Positions 44,242 through 50,137 of a DNA stretch of 50,137 nucleotides are shown piece after piece. The notes under the pieces are model-generated. The model saw only the letters and a list, made by a program, of their open reading frames with translations, made no database searches and was not told the origin of the DNA. The position numbers were made by a program, and so were the translations under genes. The stretch's first letter is position 1. Every line of letters begins with the position of its first letter. Source of the DNA: Candidatus Woesearchaeota archaeon (GTDB lineage Archaea > Nanobdellota > Nanobdellia > Woesearchaeales > JAGVYO01); assembly GCA_018303225.1 (NCBI GenBank), contig JAGVYO010000021.1:1-50137 (forward strand). The letters run 5' to 3'.

Positions 44242-47200
44242 TCATTTTGAACCACCCACCTGGGAAAATTCGCGTTCCATCTGCTTCTGCACGTCCGCCA
44301 GTAATTTCTGGTAATCTTTCTCGAATTTGGCCTCTCCAATGCGGTCTTTGGCCTTCAGTCCAAGAATCTGCTGGACACGCGCCCCTTTTCCGAGCGCTTC
44401 GTAGGCCAATTTGCGGTACAGCAAGAGGATCTTCATCAGGAGGTGCGTCTTCTTCAATTCACAGTAGGTATCCACGTCGTGGAAGGCGTTCTGCTGGAGG
44501 AACGATTCGCGGATCAGACGAGCCACTTCCAGCGTCAATTGCTGCTTCTCGGGCAATGCGTCCGAGCCTACCAGCTGCACGATTTCCTGCAACTTGTCTT
44601 CTTCCTGAAGGATGGCAGAAATTTCTGAAATCAACAGCCGCCAATCTGAGGCCACGTGCTGCTTAAACCACGGTTCCAGCGTATCCAGATATAAGGAATA
44701 CGAGGTGAGCCAGTTGATCGATGGAAAATGGCGTCGCTGCGCCAGTTTTGCATCCAGTGCCCAGAAGGTCTTTACGACCCGCAATGTTCCCTGGGTAACA
44801 GGCTCTGAAAAGTCACCGCCGGGTGGAGAGACTGCTCCAATCAGCGTGACCGAGCCTTCCTGCTTTGTCCCCAACGGAATGACACGGCCGGCGCGCTCGT
44901 AATATTCAGCCAGTCTTGTAGACAGATAAGCCGGATATCCTTCTTCACCGGGCATCTCTTCCAGTCGTGACGAGATTTCCCGCATGGCTTCGGCCCACCG
45001 TGAGGTAGAGTCGGCCATGACCGCTACATTGTAACCCATATCCCGGTAATATTCGGCAATCGTAACGCCGGTATAGATAGAGGCTTCTCGTGCAGCAACC
45101 GGCATATTCGAGGTGTTGGCAATCAATACCGTACGATTCATCAGCGGCTTCCCGCTTTTCGGGTCTGTAAGTTCCGGGAACTCTTTCAGCACTTCGGTCA
45201 TCTCGTTTCCGCGCTCGCCGCAACCGACATAGACGATGATTTCTGCGTCGCACCATTTCGCCAAGGTCTGCTGGGCTACCGTGTTGTGCAGAATCATTGG
45301 AGTGTTGCCACCCACAAAGTTATGCGTTTCCGGAACAGTGATGTCATAGACATCCATATCCTTGTCGATGATTTCAACATCCAGAATTTCATCGCAAAAG
45401 ATATAATCCAAAGCAGATGCGAATTTCGTCAATTGAGCGTTTTGAAGTTTGGATGCAACTTTCTGCAGTGTTTGAGCCGTCATGTTCTGGTTGACATAGT
45501 AGGCAGCAGTGGATATGCCCTCCTTTTCAAGAGCAAATGGTTTTGTTTCCCCCAAGAGTTCCCTGAAGAGTGTGGATGTCATGGGAACTATATCATTTGA
45601 ATTGTAATAGAAACTCTGGTCGTAGTAGGGGTGTATCTTGATTGCTTCCCTTTTGGGTATGAAAACTCGGTAGTATTGGACCCCATTCACCAGCTTGGTT
45701 CTGGTTCTGTTGAGAACACCCAAACGGAGCAACAAGTATGCCAGTGAATCTTTCATCTTTGCGCTTGCGGTTGCTATTTCTATTTCCTTTTTTCCGACAT
45801 GTCCGTCACAGCTTATGTATGCCACAAGGAAACTCTTAATTACGGAAACCGGAGACACCAGAAGCTGCTTGGGAATATCGACATTCCTGGATTTTTTCAT
45901 CAGGGGCATATTCAGGCTTTCAAGAAGTTTTGCCAGGATAATGGATCCTGTTTGCACGGCTTCCACTGTCCTTGCCCAATATTCTTTTCCTTCAAGGCCA
46001 AACAGCTCTTTCAAAAGGAATTTGAATCGCTGTCTCAGTTTATCCTTTTTATTGAAAAAGTGAACAGTTCTGAAGCCCTTTATCATTCCATCTGCCATAA
46101 CATAGCCCACGAATTCAGAAAATTCTTCCGTAAGTACTCCAGGGATGGAAACTTTGTTGTGGAATCTCTTTGGCTTATAACTGAAAGAAATGGGCTGGTA
46201 TTCGCCGCTGTAATCCGTCTTTCTGGGAGAAATGATGAAATCCCCTTCTGAAAGATTTTGCGCTTCTATTTCTCCGATAGTGAGCCCCTCATCCAGCCTA
46301 AACAGTTTATGCACCGGAGTGAGCCTTACCTCTTTCCCGGACCGTGTGTTGATTTTCACTATTCTGCTGGTTTTGCCTTTATAGATGTGGGTTGCCAGCG
46401 CTTCAACTATCCTCTCCCCATTAAATGTCTGTATTTTGAGAGGTTTGGCTAGTTGGATTATTGTTTCATTCCCATGGACAGCTGCTTCACCATCGGCGGT
46501 TTCAAATACATTTTCAATCGGCCTAAGTTCTCCGTTGACAAAAATCTTTGTTTCTCCGGTGATGCATTTTCCGGCTCCGAACGGGCCCGGAATGGCTGCC
46601 ACGCCGCCTTTGGCCAACGGGAAGAGTGCATCAAAAATGCGCTGTCCTGAAACCAAGGGCACTTCGGGTGTCAGCTTTTTATTCACCGGCCTCGGCAGAC
46701 GAACTGGCCAATAATGGGATAATTTGATTTCTATACCATTATCCAGTACAGCAACCGTCTCTTTTACGGTAAAGCTGCCGGACTTGATCTCTTTGAGGGT
46801 GCCGCCCACATTTGGCGGAACCATGATTTTTTGGACAAGGCCTTCTGTCTCCTCAACTTCGCCGATGATGGATCCACCGGACACCTTATCTCCTTTTTTT
46901 GCCGTTGCCTTAAAATCCCATTTCTTCTTCGCATCCAAGCCGTCGGCATAGACGCCGCGCTTGATGAAATCACCCATCTGCTTCTGCAATACAGGCAATG
47001 GCCGCTGGATGCCGTCATAGATGCTGGTCAACAGCCCGGGGCCGAGCTGCACGCTCAGCGGCTGGCCTGTGTTCGTCACTTTTTCGCCGGGCTTCAGGCC
47101 GGAGGTATCTTCATACACCTGGATGACGGTCATGTCACCCCTTATCTGGATGACCTCGCCCATCAGCCCTTCATTTCCCACACGCACCACGTCATACATC

Positions 47201-47268
47201 CGGGCCTGGATGCCCTTGGCCACGACGACGGGGCCTGCAATCCTGTACAATTTTCCTTCTTGTGTCAT
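44242..47268 (-). CDS. atpA: A/V-type ATP synthase catalytic subunit A, interrupted by an intein (extein about 580 aa).
   Basis: Contains KLYRIAGPVVVA..., the split P-loop GPFGAGK|[intein]|TVAQQ, and VAVMADSTSRWAEAMREIS. ATG 47268 follows GGTGAT. The ORF-track TTG is at 47283. Confidence 0.9.
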   Translation of the reverse strand: MTQEGKLYRIAGPVVVAKGIQARMYDVVRVGNEGLMGEVIQIRGDMTVIQVYEDTSGLKPGEKVTNTGQPLSVQLGPGLLTSIYDGIQRPLPVLQKQMGDFIKRGVYADGLDAKKKWDFKATAKKGDKVSGGSIIGEVEETEGLVQKIMVPPNVGGTLKEIKSGSFTVKETVAVLDNGIEIKLSHYWPVRLPRPVNKKLTPEVPLVSGQRIFDALFPLAKGGVAAIPGPFGAGKCITGETKIFVNGELRPIENVFETADGEAAVHGNETIIQLAKPLKIQTFNGERIVEALATHIYKGKTSRIVKINTRSGKEVRLTPVHKLFRLDEGLTIGEIEAQNLSEGDFIISPRKTDYSGEYQPISFSYKPKRFHNKVSIPGVLTEEFSEFVGYVMADGMIKGFRTVHFFNKKDKLRQRFKFLLKELFGLEGKEYWARTVEAVQTGSIILAKLLESLNMPLMKKSRNVDIPKQLLVSPVSVIKSFLVAYISCDGHVGKKEIEIATASAKMKDSLAYLLLRLGVLNRTRTKLVNGVQYYRVFIPKREAIKIHPYYDQSFYYNSNDIVPMTSTLFRELLGETKPFALEKEGISTAAYYVNQNMTAQTLQKVASKLQNAQLTKFASALDYIFCDEILDVEIIDKDMDVYDITVPETHNFVGGNTPMILHNTVAQQTLAKWCDAEIIVYVGCGERGNEMTEVLKEFPELTDPKSGKPLMNRTVLIANTSNMPVAAREASIYTGVTIAEYYRDMGYNVAVMADSTSRWAEAMREISSRLEEMPGEEGYPAYLSTRLAEYYERAGRVIPLGTKQEGSVTLIGAVSPPGGDFSEPVTQGTLRVVKTFWALDAKLAQRRHFPSINWLTSYSLYLDTLEPWFKQHVASDWRLLISEISAILQEEDKLQEIVQLVGSDALPEKQQLTLEVARLIRESFLQQNAFHDVDTYCELKKTHLLMKILLLYRKLAYEALGKGARVQQILGLKAKDRIGEAKFEKDYQKLLADVQKQMEREFSQVGGSK
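45283..46566 (-). mobile_element. A 428-aa intein with a LAGLIDADG homing-endonuclease domain, inserted in the Walker A P-loop of atpA.
   Basis: It starts at Cys (CITGETKIFVNGE, codon 46566-46564) and ends ..GGNTPMILHN (45285-45283), followed by Thr +1. LAGLIDADG-type blocks are FVGYVMADGMIKG and SFLVAYISCDGHVGK. It is more AT-rich than the flanking extein. Confidence 0.85.
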
Positions 47269-47283
47269 TTTGAAATCACCCAA

Positions 47284-47592
47284 TCACTTTTGCTCCCATA
47301 AATCTACGCCTACGGATTTTCGGATCAGCCGCCGCAGGTTTTCCTGCGAGGCTTCCTCGGAAAGCGGGACAAACACCGGATTCACGGAATCTTCGATTTC
47401 GCTGCGGTCATGCAGGTCCAGCCTGTTCAGCACGTCCTCGTCCACGATGACCACGCTGATGTTTTTGTTGGCACGGATCTCCTGGAAGGTCCTGTAGGGA
47501 TCATCGCCGGGCTGGAAGATGGTGCGGATGCCCGCCAGCTGAAACCCCACCACGAACTGTTCCCTGCCGACCACTGCCAATTCTGCCATCAT
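47284..47592 (-). CDS. atpF: A/V-type ATP synthase subunit F.
   Basis: 102 aa, MMAELAVVGREQFVVGFQLAGI... Its stop abuts the atpA upstream region. Confidence 0.85.
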   Translation of the reverse strand: MMAELAVVGREQFVVGFQLAGIRTIFQPGDDPYRTFQEIRANKNISVVIVDEDVLNRLDLHDRSEIEDSVNPVFVPLSEEASQENLRRLIRKSVGVDLWEQK

Positions 47593-48438
47593 GCCACCAG
47601 CTGCTGCTCGATAAATGCCTCGTCCATGCCCATCTGTTTCCCCTTTACCAGCACATTGAGATTCCTGGTCTCCATCTCTTTGGCAAACATGTATCCCAAA
47701 ATCACGTCTACGGACAACGGATGCTGGTGCTGCAGCAGGAGGGATTTTTTCAGCAGGTGATTGTAAAGCGCGGTTTCTACCGGAATCAACGAATTCTGCT
47801 CGTGGTATTTTTTAACAGCTTCCTTTACAGCCGGATACTTCTTTTCCACCATGGCCAATGTCTCCTCTACGCTTTTGGCATCCGTAAGATGCCGGATGAA
47901 CGTGCTGGAAACGCTGCAGGGCGCGCTCTGCTTCCTTGAACGGAAGGAGCTTGGATTCGCGGAGGATGGCTTCTTCTGAATTTTTATGGAACAATTCCTT
48001 CAGCTTTTGCCGATCCAATTCGCCAGCCGGAATCAGCAGTGCATCCAGGGCGTTCTCATCGGCTTTGGTGAACCGTGCACGGAAAAGGGTCTTGAGGTTA
48101 TAGACATCGTAGCGCTTCAGATATATGCCGATCAGCTTTCCCAATTCCTCGGGCGAGATGCGCTTCAGCTTCGTGAGCATATGGGCCATATTGCGGTTCA
48201 ACGCCTGTTCCACCAAGGCTGCTCCCCGATAGAGGGGGGCCAGCTTGTCAATCTCGCTGCGGTACTGCGAATCCTGCAAGTATCGGGCAATCTCGGAAAA
48301 GGACATCTTGAGCATCTTCTGGTAATCTTCTTTTTTGAAGAGCAGGGTGCGCATGACTACGGTGCGCACGTAGGTGTAGGGATACGTGCCTAATTGGATC
48401 TTCTTCGTTTCCTGCTTTTTCATCAAGAGTGCCTGCAT
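47589..48438 (-). pseudogene. atpC: A/V-type ATP synthase subunit C, split by a +1 frame change near 47895-47910.
   Basis: The ORF 48447..47812 is subunit-C-like up to ..KEAERALQRFQ and then runs into the implausible HVHPASYGCQKRRGDIGHGGKEVSGCKGSC. The frame of ORF 47858..47589 reads ..FIRHLTDAKSVEETLAMVEKKYPAVKEAVKKY...MFAKEMETRNLNVLVKGKQMG (the subunit C C-terminus) and is open back through the shift point. Confidence 0.7.
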
Positions 48439-48439
48439 G

Positions 48440-48985
48440 TTATCCAAAAAGTATCTTGTTCAGTTCGGCCAGCTTGTTTTCCTGGAGCTGCGCCAGCATG
48501 GTCTCGTAGCTATAATCCACCCGGACGGTCCGGTCACTGGTCTCTGCGATGAGGCCACCTAGCATCTCGTTTTCTTTTACAGTATAGCCGGTGATTGCCT
48601 TTTTGTCCATCGGTGCGCAGTAGACCGTGCCGACATCGATCTCGTTGGCTGCCCGCTTCAGCAGCTTTTGGAGGTGCTCCTTCCGCTGCTTGTCCGGCAA
48701 GTTCTTCAGTTTTTTTCGGACTTCCCCGAAGGCATTTTCGATCCATTTTCTGCGTGCGTCCATGAGATGCATCTTCATCTCGGTCTGCAGCTGCGCATCG
48801 TGCATACGCCGCAGCATCTCCAACGATTTTTGCTTCTCGGCTTCGCGCTGCTTTGTGTAGTCCTTAAACTGCTGCTGCGACTCTTTCCTTAGCCGGTCGG
48901 CTTCTGCAAATGCTTCGGCCAGCACCCTGCCGGCGTCGGTCTTGGCTTTGGCCAGTATCTCCTTTTGTACTTCTTCGAGTCCCAT
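48440..48985 (-). CDS. atpE: A/V-type ATP synthase subunit E.
   Basis: 181 aa, with a charged coiled-coil N-terminus (MGLEEVQKEILAKAKTDAGRVLAEA...) and a globular C-terminus. The position in the operon fits. Confidence 0.85.
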   Translation of the reverse strand: MGLEEVQKEILAKAKTDAGRVLAEAFAEADRLRKESQQQFKDYTKQREAEKQKSLEMLRRMHDAQLQTEMKMHLMDARRKWIENAFGEVRKKLKNLPDKQRKEHLQKLLKRAANEIDVGTVYCAPMDKKAITGYTVKENEMLGGLIAETSDRTVRVDYSYETMLAQLQENKLAELNKILFG

Positions 48986-49011
48986 TTTTCGCTTTTCTTG
49001 AAATTACAAAA

Positions 49012-49248
49012 TTACGCTGCGCCTGCCATCCCGATAATCATGATGGCGATGACGAGGCCGAAAATGACAATGGTTTCCGGGATAACGGTCAGGATAAGCC
49101 CTTTTCCGAACAGCTCCTCCTTTTCTGCCATTGCACCTACAGCGGCGGCACCGATGGTCTTCTCTGCCATGGCGGCGGCGATGGCGCTCACGCCAATGGC
49201 TGCGGCTGCACCCAGCGCAATCAGACCTGTATTGATATCTACTGCCAT
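49012..49248 (-). CDS. atpK: A/V-type ATP synthase proteolipid subunit K (c).
   Basis: 78 aa with two TM helices, Gly/Ala-rich, with the ion-binding Glu in VIPETIVIFGLV. Confidence 0.9.
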   Translation of the reverse strand: MAVDINTGLIALGAAAAIGVSAIAAAMAEKTIGAAAVGAMAEKEELFGKGLILTVIPETIVIFGLVIAIMIIGMAGAA

Positions 49249-49252
49249 ATTC

Positions 49253-50137
49253 TCATCCTCCTTGTGTTTTTACACCAAAAGCCTGAAAAGGCGTCCCTCC
49301 GCCTTTAAAAAATTTTGTAAAAAATTCGACGTAATGCAATCGCAGCGAATGCAGGAAACTTCCCAGCAAGCCTACGGCCAGATTGATGACGTGGCCGATG
49401 ACCAGCAGCAGGACGCCCCATACGATAGAGATGCCGCCGGCATGGAAAAACTCCTTGGCAAATTCGTTGATGACAAGAGCTAATTGCACCGAAGCCAGAC
49501 CGATGGCCATCAATCGTGCATAGGAAAGGATGTTGCTGAAGATGCCCGGCAATTCGACCAATCCGTTGATGCCTTCCCCAAGGTAGAGGAAAACAACGGC
49601 CAATGCGATGATCGCAGCACCGATGCTCCAGTGCAGGGCAAGCGTCTTTGTCAGCGATAAGGCAAGCAGCGCGACCCCGGCCTGCAGGACAATCCAGCTG
49701 AGCTTCTCAAAGAAGGCTTTCTTGAAGCCGTGCGCTTTTTTCGCATTGAAGAACCCCGCAATAAGACCTGCGTTGACATGCACAACACCCACGGCAATCG
49801 CCAATACCAACAATGCCATCATCTGATGGGTACGGCTCAGGATGTGGGGCAATTCATAGCCGAATAACACTTCTTCCCCAAAAAATTCACCAAATAATGC
49901 GCCGAAAAAAATTGTGGCTAAGGATGCAAATAGGAGTGTGTCAAAGAAAGCCCTTGCCTGAGGAAATTTTTTCTTCAATAACCAGAAAAGAATTAATGAT
50001 GTCAGGCCATATCCCATGTCGCCCAGCATGAAGCCGAACAGCAGGGGAAAGCTCATGAAAAGGAAAAAGGTAGGGTCAAGCTCTTTGTACAGAGGAAGAG
50101 TGTACATCCTCATCAGGAATTCAAAGGGCCTTACTGC
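49253..50137 (-). CDS. atpI: A/V-type ATP synthase subunit I (a), C-terminal membrane domain. Partial; the N-terminus lies beyond the window end.
   Basis: The frame is open to the window edge. It has a multi-TM domain with ..SYARLMAIGLAS.. and ..LRLHYVEFFTKF.. Confidence 0.85.
   Translation of the reverse strand, partial: AVRPFEFLMRMYTLPLYKELDPTFFLFMSFPLLFGFMLGDMGYGLTSLILFWLLKKKFPQARAFFDTLLFASLATIFFGALFGEFFGEEVLFGYELPHILSRTHQMMALLVLAIAVGVVHVNAGLIAGFFNAKKAHGFKKAFFEKLSWIVLQAGVALLALSLTKTLALHWSIGAAIIALAVVFLYLGEGINGLVELPGIFSNILSYARLMAIGLASVQLALVINEFAKEFFHAGGISIVWGVLLLVIGHVINLAVGLLGSFLHSLRLHYVEFFTKFFKGGGTPFQAFGVKTQGG

Noticed and set aside
47860-47930. A BHB intron as the explanation for the atpC frameshift.
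   Set aside because: I tried all registers around the local hairpins. None gives a 4-bp central helix flanked by two 3-nt bulges, and none gives an excised length of 1 mod 3 with sensible junctions.

Overview
This is a roughly 50 kb archaeal chromosomal fragment. The archaeal assignment rests on an A-type ATP synthase operon (I-K-E-C-F-A-B-D), an archaeal-type AlaRS, XPD, NreA, RNase P protein Rpr2, an archaetidylserine synthase/decarboxylase pair, an initiator tRNA with A1:U72, and bulge-helix-bulge (BHB) introns. TATA boxes (consensus TTTATAAA) sit about 25-30 nt upstream of many start codons and tRNA 5' ends. Housekeeping genes are xpd, alaS, leuA-leuC-leuD-leuB, smc, rnhB, pgk, hppA and the atp operon, plus three tRNAs (Gly-UCC, iMet-CAU, Ser-GCU). 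They are interleaved with AT-rich accessory genes: two GT2 glycosyltransferases, a methyltransferase and a divergent DAHP-synthase-like fusion. A partial surface protein of more than 1400 aa with LamG domains lies at the left edge. Six observations stand out. (1) rnhB is interrupted by a 21-nt in-frame element with two TAA codons. It folds into a BHB motif, and predicted excision exactly restores the catalytic GIDEAGRGPV motif, so it is a candidate mRNA intron. (2) A 20-codon ORF ending in five consecutive Leu codons, each a different synonymous codon, lies upstream of leuABCD and is followed by hairpins, so it is a candidate leader-peptide attenuator in an archaeon. (3) The initiator tRNA carries a 24-nt intron in the T-arm. 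(4) The atp operon carries four anomalies: a P-loop intein with a LAGLIDADG endonuclease in atpA, a frameshifted atpC, a GC-rich structured 265-nt spacer between atpB and atpD, and four perfect hairpins between atpA and atpB, one of which sequesters the atpB start codon. (5) A modular intergenic repeat family occurs three times within 7.3 kb and contains a 25-27 nt palindrome that shows a compensatory substitution. (6) A 40-codon ORF with a WWW run lies upstream of the DAHP-synthase-like gene. No CRISPR array, rRNA or transposase was seen. All calls come from reading the sequence and the ORF track by hand, and no database search was run.
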